A stretch of DNA of 48,826 nucleotides from a virus (lineage: Duplodnaviria; Caudoviricetes), in the IMG/VR virus record IMGVR_UViG_3300022895_000013, positions 1-48,826 of that record, one strand, 5' to 3'. Positions 37,101 to 46,376 of the stretch are shown here, piece by piece. Position 1 is the stretch's first letter. Each line of letters begins with the position of its first letter. The translations under genes and the position numbers were made by a program. The notes under the pieces were generated by a model. The model was not told where the DNA came from. It saw nothing but the letters and a program-made list of their open reading frames with translations, and searched no databases.

Positions 37101-38361
37101 GACACGACCTATTGGCATCGATCTATTTGCAGGTGCTGGCGGGATGTCCCTCGGTTTCGAGCAAGCCGGGTTCGACGTAGCTGCAGCGGTCGAAATTGAT
37201 CCCGTTCACTGTGCGACACACGAATACAATTTTCCAAACTGCAAAACGATTTGCGCAAGCGTTACCGACGTGAGCGGAATCGAAATCCGTCGTCTCGCAG
37301 GTTTGGGGGATAAGGAAATCGACGTCGTATTTGGCGGTGCTCCATGCCAGGGCTTTTCGCTGATCGGCAAGCGTGCCTTGGACGACCCAAGAAATCAGCT
37401 GGTTTTCCATTACGTCAGAATCGTCGAAGAGCTGCAGCCGAAATATTGTGTATTCGAGAATGTAAAAGGACTGACCCTGGGAAAGCATTCCGAATTTCTG
37501 AAAGAATTGATCGCTGCCCTTGGTGACGCCGGCTATGACGTGGTTCTTCCATATCAAGTGCTAAACGCCGCACATTACGGCGTGCCACAGGATCGCAAAC
37601 GGCTCTTTTTGATGGGGACGCGACGTGGGCTCAAAGCTCCAGAATATCCGACTCCTCTAGATCATGGAGTAACGGTGCAAGAAGCTATTGGTGATTTGCC
37701 TGACGCGAATAGCTTCGGCGAGCTGTTAGCTAGCGATGCAGTCAGGGCAAAATGGGCGACAGACTCGGTCTATGCTCAACGACTCCGTGACCTTCAAGCA
37801 GATCCGAGCGACTTTAGTTATAAACGAATCTTCGACCGCGATCTCCTGACCTCTAGCCTACGGACAGAGCATACTGCATTGTCGCAAGAGCGCTTCATGG
37901 CTACAGAACACGGTAAAACCGAATCTGTTAGCCGTTTTCGTAAGCTGCCACCTGATGGCCTCTGCAATACCCTTCGTGCAGGGACGGACAGTGCCCGCGG
38001 CGCCTTTACCTCCCCAAGACCTATACACCCTTACCTGCCACGTGTTATCACCGTTCGGGAAGCAGCTAGATTGCATTCCTTCCCGGATTGGTTTCGTTTC
38101 CACGCAACCAAATGGCACGGTTTTCGTCAGATAGGCAACAGCGTTCCACCCTTGCTAGGGCGCGCAATCGCCTCATCGATAATATCTGCGCTTGGTGTAG
38201 AACCTATAAAGCCTACAAGAATTCTTGAGCAAGGTTCAAACACGCTTCTCGGTTTTGATATGGGTACAGCAGCCCGATACTTCGATGTACCTCGCGATAC
38301 AATCGCCCAACGGACACGAAAAAATAGTGTCCCCCTTAGTTTGGAAGAATCTGATGCTTAA
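37078..38361 (+). CDS. DNA cytosine-5 methyltransferase
   Basis: DLFAGAGG, GAPCQGFS, ENV, PQDRKR, REAARL, QIGNSVPP. Confidence 0.95.
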   Translation: MNSSNTIKTRPIGIDLFAGAGGMSLGFEQAGFDVAAAVEIDPVHCATHEYNFPNCKTICASVTDVSGIEIRRLAGLGDKEIDVVFGGAPCQGFSLIGKRALDDPRNQLVFHYVRIVEELQPKYCVFENVKGLTLGKHSEFLKELIAALGDAGYDVVLPYQVLNAAHYGVPQDRKRLFLMGTRRGLKAPEYPTPLDHGVTVQEAIGDLPDANSFGELLASDAVRAKWATDSVYAQRLRDLQADPSDFSYKRIFDRDLLTSSLRTEHTALSQERFMATEHGKTESVSRFRKLPPDGLCNTLRAGTDSARGAFTSPRPIHPYLPRVITVREAARLHSFPDWFRFHATKWHGFRQIGNSVPPLLGRAIASSIISALGVEPIKPTRILEQGSNTLLGFDMGTAARYFDVPRDTIAQRTRKNSVPLSLEESDA

Positions 38362-39163
38362 GGAAAAGGCACCACAGACAAACCGCTACAAGGCAATTAT
38401 CGCCAAGATATTTGAAAATCATTACACTCCAGAAATGAGAGAGTTTGAGTTTTCGCGCGCAGAAATAATAGACATTGCTGCTGATCTAGGTATAGCTTTG
38501 CCAAAAAACATCGGGGATATAATTTACTCCTTTCGCTACCGCTATGAATTGCCAGAGTCCATTCTTGCGACCGCTGCAAGAGATATGGAGTGGATCATCA
38601 AGGGATCTGGCACTGCCTTGTATCGGTTCAAGCAAGTCAAACTTAACCGGATCATACCTAGGGAAGAGTTGATAACGGTAAAGGTGCCAGATTCAACACC
38701 AGAAATCATAGGCGCATATGCGTTAAGCGACGAGCAGGCTCTTCTAGCTAAGGTTAGATATAATCGCTTGATCGATATATTCCTCGGCATCACTGCGTAC
38801 TCATTGCAAAATCATCTTCGTACTCATTTAAAGGCCGTAGGTCAAATTGAAATCGACGAAGTATATGTTGGCGTTGATAAGCATGGACGCCAGTTTGTCG
38901 TTCCGGTACAAGCGAAAGGTGGTAGTGATAAACATGGAGTTGTGCAAACGGACCAAGACATTGCGTATTGTCAGAGCAAATTTCCCGATCTACTCTGTAG
39001 AGCTGTGTCTGTTCAGTTCATGTCAAATGGAAGAATTGCTATGTTTGAACTGATGGTTCAAGACGACGAAATTAAGGTTGTTGAAGAACGACACTATCAG
39101 CTTGTGGCTGCTTCCACAATTACTAATAATGATTTACGCACCTACTCATTGCATAGTGATTAA
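38354..39163 (+). CDS. Putative type II restriction endonuclease (PD-(D/E)xK variant)
   Basis: QIEIDEVY...VPVQAKGG (D...QxK); coupled to the MTase; probable start ATG 38354. Confidence 0.7.
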   Translation: MLKEKAPQTNRYKAIIAKIFENHYTPEMREFEFSRAEIIDIAADLGIALPKNIGDIIYSFRYRYELPESILATAARDMEWIIKGSGTALYRFKQVKLNRIIPREELITVKVPDSTPEIIGAYALSDEQALLAKVRYNRLIDIFLGITAYSLQNHLRTHLKAVGQIEIDEVYVGVDKHGRQFVVPVQAKGGSDKHGVVQTDQDIAYCQSKFPDLLCRAVSVQFMSNGRIAMFELMVQDDEIKVVEERHYQLVAASTITNNDLRTYSLHSD

Positions 39164-39430
39164 ACTCTTTGTACTTCAATGTGGGAAGGGAGGTTAAGGG
39201 GGCGCCTCCCGCCACAGGTAATTGCATGGTGCGCGACGGCCTCATCAGTTCTACAACGAGCCCCGCTGGAACTCTGCAGTCTCTGAGCGACGCATCCTCT
39301 AGAACGCTTTCTTTCCGCCATAGCCGTCATTTGTAATCGGTGGCAATCACACCAAGTGACATTGGAATGGCTTCTGCCGTAGAAGACATGAAAAATTTAG
39401 ACTGACGTGAACCAAAACGTCATCGACAGC

Positions 39431-40294
39431 TTACTTCACATCATTCGCTGCACTCTCTTCCACCTTAGAACAGGCAACTGCCGCTGCCATTAATGCTTCA
39501 AGAGTAAATCGACGATAAAATTTTATGAAACCTAGGTAAAAAGTGTAAGAAACGAAAATTACACTCAAAGACACCACCATAAACATAAGGATGCTGGCGC
39601 CACTGTATGCCAAATGCCAAACTGCAACCCAAAATAAGATCACGAAATAAAACGTCAATGTTCGCATCAGGCCAAATAAAGCAACATAGTTCTGCATCTT
39701 CGGAACGTGATTCACGGAATGCTCAAGGGCAAAGTGATAAATAAACAAAAAATAATTTGTTTCTCTGATGGTTTCTTTTGGAGGGGCCTCAAGACCAGCA
39801 AACCTCGATAGAATTATCGCGGCCTTTCTCTTTATAATGGTTTTCATCATTGGGTCAAGCTCTTTATTGACTAGGTTTTTAATTCCAAAAACATAATTAA
39901 CGAAAAAATCGACCGCACTTATTGGCAATAAAATAAACGCCACTGTCGCTCTAACTGAGTTATTTTTTATATTGTCGCTACCTGATAAAAAATAGCTATC
40001 CTGATACATCCCAAGAAGTGTCTTTGATGGGAATCCGTACATCCAATTTAGATGCTTCTCCACTGTCATTGCAGATAGGAAGTTTATGAAGTGTCCACTT
40101 ATGTAGGCTAGTAGAATCAGCGGTGTGTAGAGCTCTACCCCTTTCAGATCAGCCACGCTCACAAACTTAAATAAGGCGCTGTCTTTTACTGCGGCATGAG
40201 ACGATACGCTGATTAGTAAATAAACAAACAGCGAGCCGGGTACGAAGTATCCAAGAAAATCATAAAATGAGAATGGATTTTGTTTAATTTCCAT
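39431..40294 (-). CDS. AT-rich multi-TM hypothetical protein
   Basis: About 5 hydrophobic helices; low GC. Confidence 0.75.
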   Translation of the reverse strand: MEIKQNPFSFYDFLGYFVPGSLFVYLLISVSSHAAVKDSALFKFVSVADLKGVELYTPLILLAYISGHFINFLSAMTVEKHLNWMYGFPSKTLLGMYQDSYFLSGSDNIKNNSVRATVAFILLPISAVDFFVNYVFGIKNLVNKELDPMMKTIIKRKAAIILSRFAGLEAPPKETIRETNYFLFIYHFALEHSVNHVPKMQNYVALFGLMRTLTFYFVILFWVAVWHLAYSGASILMFMVVSLSVIFVSYTFYLGFIKFYRRFTLEALMAAAVACSKVEESAANDVK

Positions 40295-40652
40295 ATTCTA
40301 TTCCGCAATGACATTTTGGGGCGCCGATTAGGTGGCGTTATGAGAGCGTAGCACTGAATTACGCAAAAACTCGAGATCCATAATTCTTGTTCAATTGATG
40401 CAGAGGCATCGCCTGATATTATGCGGTGCCAGCAGTTGTCATTTTCGGGGACGGGGGGATAATCTATGAACGCAAAAGTCTCAACATCGTTTCTGTAACG
40501 GCCGCTGCATCTGCTTCCCAGGCCCCCATGGACGTAACCGCGTTAACGATAATACTTTCTGCTGCGTACTTCGAAAACCGTTGGGTGTCCTTTCCATGCA
40601 GTGTCGCCAAGGCGTGCTGGTCTTAGTCGCCCCTAGTTGTAAATATCTAGCT

Positions 40653-40744
40653 GACCGCTTTGGACCGGAAGCTGCCGCACACGGACGGCCGCTTTTGGCC
40701 GATTGCTGACTCTCGTGAAGGGCAGCAGTCGACCCGAAGGAAAC
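40653..40744. repeat. Palindromic repeat array 2 (three 24-bp units, 34-bp period)
   Basis: Units at 40653, 40687, 40721; spacers gcacacggac and tctcgtgaag. Confidence 0.8.
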
Positions 40745-40910
40745 GGGGCCTTTATAGCTTTGGGTACGGTTTCAGCTTCAATGTAAGCAATGAGGGGGAG
40801 GCTACAGAATTCGGAAAAAATCGAACGGTAAGATCTCCGAATTCTGTGGGATTCCCGTCTGGTCAAAAAAGCCCCCAAGCGTCAGTTGGGATCAGATCCG
40901 TGGTACTGGC

Positions 40911-43016
40911 TTACGCAACGGTGGGAGCTGGCGTAAGCAGCGCGACACACTCCTCGATGACATATTCCGGAATGCTCTCGAATTTATGCGGGTTGAGCTG
41001 CATCACGTACTCATTCTCGATGTGATAGGACTCGTTGATAAATTTCCGGATGACGCTGTCGTCGTGCTCATCATTGATCAGCCTGAACAGCTGGATTTTT
41101 TCATAACCCACAACCGTCGCGTAAAACTTGGCCTTGATGACCTCAACGTCCTTCACCTCAGCCACTAGGGCAATGTAATTAAATTCGGCGATATGGTTGT
41201 TGCGGATTAGTGACTCGGCATGTGCCTGTTCTGCAGCCGTCATGTCCCGAATAGAAGACCCCGACTGAATTGTCGGGGTATCCCGCCCCTTGAAAAGACT
41301 AGCAAGTAGGTTGTATTCCAGGCCTGCGTCGTCCAGCAGCTCGAAGTGTCGTCGCAGGTAGATTGTCTTCAGGACGATGTCGGTAAGTGCCTCGATATTA
41401 ACTTTGCAGATTTTGGCGAAGGTCTGGATATCGTTCCTCTCAATCGGAACTTCCGTTACAACACCGGCGCGCGAAGATAAGAAGCAAGCAGACGGTTCGG
41501 CGGCCTTGAATATGGCGTTGGTACTTTTTATGACATCAATCGCGGGTTCGATGTCGTGGGTGAGCATCAGCGTGGTTATGCCGCGCAGACTGGCCTTACC
41601 CCGGAATAGCTCCTGGAGGATCGCAAATTTCTTGTTCTTGTCGAAAGACGAGATCGGATCATCCAATACGACCAAATCCGGTTTTTCACTGAGGACCTGA
41701 TGCATGAATAGCACCAGCGCAAATGCGTTTTTTTCTCCGTAGCTCAGATGACGTGAGGCCGTCTCTATATAATTTACCTGGTCTTTGTGGATTAGCTTCA
41801 TTTTGTAGGATTCTGGTTCGGCTACGATTTCAACGACGTATTTGTAGCCTGCAGACTTTAGGAAGCCATTGATGCTGTTCTGGTTGTCTTCGATGTTTTT
41901 TTTAATTTTCGCTTTGTGTCGATTGATTTTCCCTTTGAGGCTACCAACTTTCCCAATCAAGTCGTCCAGCTGAAGGTTGATAGGGTCGACAGTCTTGCGC
42001 GTCTCCTCAGAGTCAAGCTTGTCAATCAAATTGAGGTCAATTTTCAAAGGTGTCAGTTGATCGCCAACTTCTTCGAAATCGCGTAGAGAGAAAAAAGATA
42101 TAGTTCGCAACCCCTCCAGCTTATTGATCAAGGCATCAATGTCCGCTTTGAGGCCCGTCAGGAAGCTTTGCTCCTCCGCCTGCAATTCAACCTTTGCTTT
42201 AGTTACATTTTCCAGATTCTCCCGGCACTTCTCGCTGAAATATTTTCCTAGCCTGTCAATGATTCCGCGAAGGAGGTTAATGTGCCCGACGGTGTTGGAG
42301 TCATACTCTTTTTCGACGGCTAAGGCTGTGTCCTTCTGTTCTGCGCTAGTCAGCGCTGTTGAACAGTAGGGGCAGCTATCTGCTAATTGTAGAAATTCAT
42401 TGCCTTTTACCTGCCATGCGATCCATTTGGCGGGCTCTTGACTTTTAATAAACGTCGAAAATGGTTGCAGGATATCAGGAATGTTTTCCAGCTTATTGCC
42501 AGTTCCGAATGCCTTGTGGATCTTGCTTGTCTTGGGAATGGCACCTGTCTTGGACTTTCCGAAGGCCTCCCGTAACTCCTTCAGATCGGTTACGACTTGC
42601 CCGATTTCAGCATTGTCGGAAAACGCTTTTCGGATACCCGAAAGCAGCGAATCGATATCAGCCATCTCCGCCAGATATTCCGGAGTTCTGATGAAAATCT
42701 CAAAACTATTTTTCACAATCTCATCTTTCTGGAAGACGAATTGCTGCACATAACTGTCGTCAAATACGAGGACTTTCCTGAGTTTGTCCACTCCCTGAAC
42801 CTCCGGGGCTGGCATATCAGGCTTGCCGCGGTGCTTAAATGGGATCAACTCGTGGAGAGAGCCGTCAGCACGAATATGGCTGATAATAGCTTTCGCAATG
42901 GTGCTTTTTCCTAGGCCGTTTGGCCCATATTTGATGTTTAGCGCTCCCTCAGAAATAACTACATCTGCGCGGTCAATACTGTTGCAGTTGAGTACGGTAA
43001 CCGTGTAGTTAGCCAT
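40911..43016 (-). CDS. RloC/AAA_13-like ABC ATPase with zinc hook and possible HEPN-like C-terminus
   Basis: Walker A GPNGLGKS, CPYC in a coiled coil, LSYGE signature, LVVLDDPISSFD, LTHD, RRHFE...RKFINESYH. Confidence 0.75.
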   Translation of the reverse strand: MANYTVTVLNCNSIDRADVVISEGALNIKYGPNGLGKSTIAKAIISHIRADGSLHELIPFKHRGKPDMPAPEVQGVDKLRKVLVFDDSYVQQFVFQKDEIVKNSFEIFIRTPEYLAEMADIDSLLSGIRKAFSDNAEIGQVVTDLKELREAFGKSKTGAIPKTSKIHKAFGTGNKLENIPDILQPFSTFIKSQEPAKWIAWQVKGNEFLQLADSCPYCSTALTSAEQKDTALAVEKEYDSNTVGHINLLRGIIDRLGKYFSEKCRENLENVTKAKVELQAEEQSFLTGLKADIDALINKLEGLRTISFFSLRDFEEVGDQLTPLKIDLNLIDKLDSEETRKTVDPINLQLDDLIGKVGSLKGKINRHKAKIKKNIEDNQNSINGFLKSAGYKYVVEIVAEPESYKMKLIHKDQVNYIETASRHLSYGEKNAFALVLFMHQVLSEKPDLVVLDDPISSFDKNKKFAILQELFRGKASLRGITTLMLTHDIEPAIDVIKSTNAIFKAAEPSACFLSSRAGVVTEVPIERNDIQTFAKICKVNIEALTDIVLKTIYLRRHFELLDDAGLEYNLLASLFKGRDTPTIQSGSSIRDMTAAEQAHAESLIRNNHIAEFNYIALVAEVKDVEVIKAKFYATVVGYEKIQLFRLINDEHDDSVIRKFINESYHIENEYVMQLNPHKFESIPEYVIEECVALLTPAPTVA

Positions 43017-43156
43017 GCGCCCCCCTTTATCTTGACCAGAGTAGGAAAATAAAATTAGCAGCTATTTCTTAAAGTCGCCCGTGAATGTCCGATCTATTTA
43101 ATTTTGTAGCCGGGAATCCACAGTATCCGGAGGTTTTTGTGCGTTAATCCGCGAGC

Positions 43157-43248
43157 GTCCACTCTTGGCCGGAAGCAGTCGTTCCAGGATGTCCGCTTCT
43201 GGCCGAAAGCTGCCGCTCACGGACTGCCGCTTTTTGCCGATTGCTGCC
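43157..43248. repeat. Palindromic repeat array 3 (three 24-bp units, 34-bp period)
   Basis: Units at 43157, 43191, 43225; spacers gttccaggat and gctcacggac. Confidence 0.8.
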
Positions 43249-43261
43249 TGCAAAAGCGTTA

Positions 43262-43489
43262 TTAGGATTGCCGTATCCGCATGATCGCATCTGTGATCGC
43301 TTTTGCATTCGTGTCTAATGCCTCCATAGCCATCACAGCGTTATCTGCAACCACTGCCACGCCGTTAGCTGCAAGCCAAACGGCGACCTCCTCGATTGCC
43401 GCCGCCAGTGCATGCTGGTTGTGCAGGAGCAAGGTCAGGGCATCAGCAGTGGCGATATTAGAAGGTGAGTTGTTTGGCATGCGATCCAT
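43262..43489 (-). CDS. Small helical hypothetical protein at the prophage end
   Basis: LLLHNQHALAAAIEEVAVWL; 75 aa or shorter. Confidence 0.55.
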   Translation of the reverse strand: MDRMPNNSPSNIATADALTLLLHNQHALAAAIEEVAVWLAANGVAVVADNAVMAMEALDTNAKAITDAIMRIRQS

Positions 43490-43630
43490 CCTTGTAATGA
43501 GGGGTTCGCAAAGCCTAGCTCATGCGGCCGCAGCAGAGAGGCTTAGCTACCGCATGCTTAAAAATTGCTACACCGCGCAGATGATTTGAGACTTTAGCCA
43601 ATCATTTTGGGGGGGAGGCGGGCTACTGCA

Positions 43631-43644
43631 TCCGATCCATCATC
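43631..43644. repeat. Degenerate dusA att scar
   Basis: TCCGATCCATCATC, identical to 43841-43854. Confidence 0.55.
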
Positions 43645-43840
43645 ATCACAATGAGAATGGCTTTTTTGACAGTGTTGATAGTGTCCGGTTTGGAGCTGAA
43701 AATGCTTGCTAGAAAATTGCTAAAGAGAGAAAGACACGGATCGGAACTCTTCAGAAAAAATCTCACTGGTACGCAGCTGGTACAGTGGTTTTCTACATTG
43801 CTTATAGGCCTTTATTTACGGGACTTTGGGAAAGTGTCTA

Positions 43841-43910
43841 TCCGATCCATCATCGGCGCGACGGAGAAACGGCGGGAGAGTGGGACGGGTGTGGCGGTGA
43901 TTGGGGGCAT
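43841..43910 (-). pseudogene. dusA: attR with displaced dusA 5' fragment ([22 protein letters not shown])
   Basis: 33/40 nt match to dusA 195-234; translation keeps [12 protein letters not shown]. Confidence 0.88.
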
Positions 43911-44081
43911 TGGGGGTACGGAATCGGTGTGGCTGGGAGGTGGGGGAGTTTATCAGGAATGACCGGTCGGGCTCAGTGATATCCGGCGGAAATACAACCT
44001 CATCAAGTGTGGGATTAAGCAAGACAGCCATGAAATGGACTGATAGCATCGGGCTATCAATAAGAGTGAGGAAGGGATCCC

Positions 44082-44741
44082 ATGCTGAAAAAACTCGCAT
44101 CATCTGTACTCGTCGCCGGCGCCCTGCTTGCCTCCGCCCAAGGGGCTTTCGCCGAAGAAAAGTTGTTCAAGAACTACGTCTACCAAACCCCACTCGCCAA
44201 ATTCACTGAAGCGGCCGGTTACTACGACTGCTCCGAAGACGTCGGCGGAACCGCAAGGTGCATCGATGATGTGGATTTCCTGGAAGAGAAATTCACCGTA
44301 GCGCTGATATTTTCCGGTGACAAGCTGATGATGGTTTCACTCATCAGCCCGTTTGATCAGAACCTGTATGTCAAAGCCATCGCGGGGCTTTCCAAATCAT
44401 TCACGCTGGTTTCCATGAGCGATGAGAAATCCATCCTGGATATGTTTGATACCGCGAGAAAGTCGAGAAGCACTGAAGAGCTGACGACGAAGATTTCCAA
44501 TTTTGAACAGGTTGGTCTGGCGTCTGGGAATCTGACTTACACGTTTCTTGAAGGGTTGAACGCTAAAGGGCAGACCAATGCTGTTAGTGCGTTGGCTGCT
44601 GCGCCGGAGAATATTCGGTCCGCTGAATTGGTGATGACGGGGCAGGGGGCGGATTCGGGGATGATTATTCGGTTTACGTTTCCGCGGTTAGAGGCGAATA
44701 AGATTTTGGCTGAGGCTAAGAAGCCGGTTGAGTCGTTTTAA
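44082..44741 (+). CDS. Exported hypothetical protein
   Basis: Sec signal peptide MLKKLASSVLVAGALLASAQGAFA|EE. Confidence 0.8.
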   Translation: MLKKLASSVLVAGALLASAQGAFAEEKLFKNYVYQTPLAKFTEAAGYYDCSEDVGGTARCIDDVDFLEEKFTVALIFSGDKLMMVSLISPFDQNLYVKAIAGLSKSFTLVSMSDEKSILDMFDTARKSRSTEELTTKISNFEQVGLASGNLTYTFLEGLNAKGQTNAVSALAAAPENIRSAELVMTGQGADSGMIIRFTFPRLEANKILAEAKKPVESF

Positions 44742-44849
44742 TAGCGTGGATGATTGCCGTCGCGGCGAGCTTGGGTGATGAGGGAAGAGAAGAGAGGTAT
44801 TTGTTTGCTGGAAATCATACTTAGGGTTTTTTAATGAAGGAGGAGTGGG

Positions 44850-45749
44850 GTGAGCGCACGCAGATACTATAAGCTTGAGCAGCAAAGGCTCCTTTTGGAG
44901 GCTGAAAAAATATCATTGTTTACTAATCACGGCCCTACTATTGGTGCTTACAGAGAGGCGGTTCTTAGAGGCTATATAAAAAAATTTATGCCGAGCTCTC
45001 TAGAGGTTACTTCGGGGTTTGTTTCGATAAATAAAAACCATGAAGATTTAGTAGAAGGCCAAAGCAGGCAGATAGATATACTGATCTGTGATACCGATAA
45101 GCATGTTCCATTATTGGAGGTTGATGGTTTTTCAGTAATAAGACCAGAGTCTCTGAGAGGGTGTGTGGAGGTAAAGTCAACGCTCACTTTTTACAGGCAG
45201 GAGCACCCGGATAGGTTAAAAAAAACTACAACCGCTTACCCGCTAGGAGGAGGCCATACTGCTGCTTATCGGTGGGCTGGTACTCTCGTCGACGCCTTGG
45301 AAAACATTAAACGATGCGCCGATGCGTGTGAAACGAGAAAGACAGAAGGCTATTTTTCAAGCATCCTGGCTTTCGACTCTAAATTTGATGCTCGAAGAAT
45401 CTACGAGGCATTAGACAGTGGTGATCTGCAAGAGCAACTGGGCATTAATCATCTCCGTCAGCTTCCGATATCTATCTGCGTGCTTTCAAAATTCATTGTT
45501 TGCTTTTTTGAAATTGATATGTTTGATGCTGGAAAGCAATGCCCAAGTGAGTTTGAGACATTTTACAATCTCATGGAAGTCGTTGAGGGAAGCGAAGAAT
45601 ACCCTTTGCAGTTTTTCTCTGCGCATCTATACAATCAAATAGGGTATTCTCATTCTAAAAGACCTGCCGAATCCAAAGGTATTCATGCTGCCGTAGGCAG
45701 TGTTGCTATTTGGAGTCACCATTTTGATCTTGATTCGGGCGAGCATTAA
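44850..45749 (+). CDS. DUF6602-like PD-(D/E)xK nuclease domain protein
   Basis: HGPTIGAYREAVLR...SRQIDILICD...CVEVKSTL. Confidence 0.7.
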   Translation: MSARRYYKLEQQRLLLEAEKISLFTNHGPTIGAYREAVLRGYIKKFMPSSLEVTSGFVSINKNHEDLVEGQSRQIDILICDTDKHVPLLEVDGFSVIRPESLRGCVEVKSTLTFYRQEHPDRLKKTTTAYPLGGGHTAAYRWAGTLVDALENIKRCADACETRKTEGYFSSILAFDSKFDARRIYEALDSGDLQEQLGINHLRQLPISICVLSKFIVCFFEIDMFDAGKQCPSEFETFYNLMEVVEGSEEYPLQFFSAHLYNQIGYSHSKRPAESKGIHAAVGSVAIWSHHFDLDSGEH

Positions 45750-45853
45750 TGGTTTGTTGGAATTGTTGTGCTCGGGTGGCTGCAGTTCTGGCTGAAGCTA
45801 ATGGCGGATTGGTGCATCGAAATTTTAGGGGTGAAAAGGGAGCTGTAAAAAGA

Positions 45854-46169
45854 GGGCAGATTTATTTGTTTAAGTGATAAATGAATCTGTCCCCATTGTT
45901 CAGTGGAAGTGTCAGATTTTATGGCTTGAAGCGACCCAGAAGAGGTTAGGAGGGGGGGCGAATTTCTATCCTGTAATTGGTTCTCCAATGACTGTATTCG
46001 ACCCAAAACCGTCGGTCTTAATGTCGAAGTTGGTGGGCTAATTGATCGCCGCCAGCACTTCGGGAAAGGGGCGGAATTATTTGCTCTTCATTTGCTCTAG
46101 ATTTCTGGGCGCCAGATAAATCAATCCAAATTTTTTGTCGGTTTTTTAGGTGGTAAATAAATCTGTCCC
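45854..46169. repeat. REP-like inverted repeats (GGGCAGATTTATTT / AAATAAATCTGTCCC)
   Basis: Pairs 45854-45867/45879-45894 and 46068-46082/46155-46169. Confidence 0.6.
45990..46013. repeat. Solo degenerate 24-bp unit of the cassette-boundary palindrome
   Basis: GACTGTATTCGACCCAAAACCGTC resembles the unit at 40721. Confidence 0.45.
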
Positions 46170-46250
46170 AATTTTTTCAATTTTTCTTTCTACAACTGTT
46201 ACCAGTCTCGTCTGGCGCTACCTCTATACCGTTGGAAGCCTTAAAAATAG

Positions 46251-46297
46251 TGGGGCGGGTGAAGGAATCCAACTCTCGTTATCAGCTTGGAAAGCTG
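46251..46297 (-). pseudogene. Degenerate 3' half of tRNA-Gly
   Basis: Reverse complement CAGCTTTCCAAGCTGATAACGAGAGTTGGATTCCTTCACCCGCCCCA: anticodon arm, damaged T arm, CCA; no 5' half. Confidence 0.6.
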
Positions 46298-46376
46298 ATA
46301 ACGAGAATGAGTCAGGCCAACTCAGTAAAATTTATCAACAGTGAACTGACAAGGTGGCGCCTTCGCTAGTAGGTAT

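Larger units (their letters stand above)
189..43853. mobile_element. Temperate prophage integrated in dusA (lambda-like head, P2-like contractile tail)
   Basis: Integrase next to dusA; full immunity, replication, packaging, head, tail and lysis modules; displaced dusA 5' copy at 43841-43910. Confidence 0.92.

Noticed and set aside
39164-39430. Additional palindrome unit between the endonuclease and membrane genes
   Set aside because: Only weak partial matches (~39302-39328); not distinguishable from chance by eye
36450-43248. Repeat arrays as CRISPR or integron attC sites
   Set aside because: Spacers are only 10 bp, units are degenerate and of mixed orientation, there is no cas or intI gene, and no RYYYAAC...GTTRRRY ends
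43651-44209. Short ORFs across the attR region
   Set aside because: They overlap att arms and the dusA relic and show no recognisable protein features
46251-46306. Functional tRNA gene
   Set aside because: No 5' acceptor strand or D arm, and the T loop is damaged
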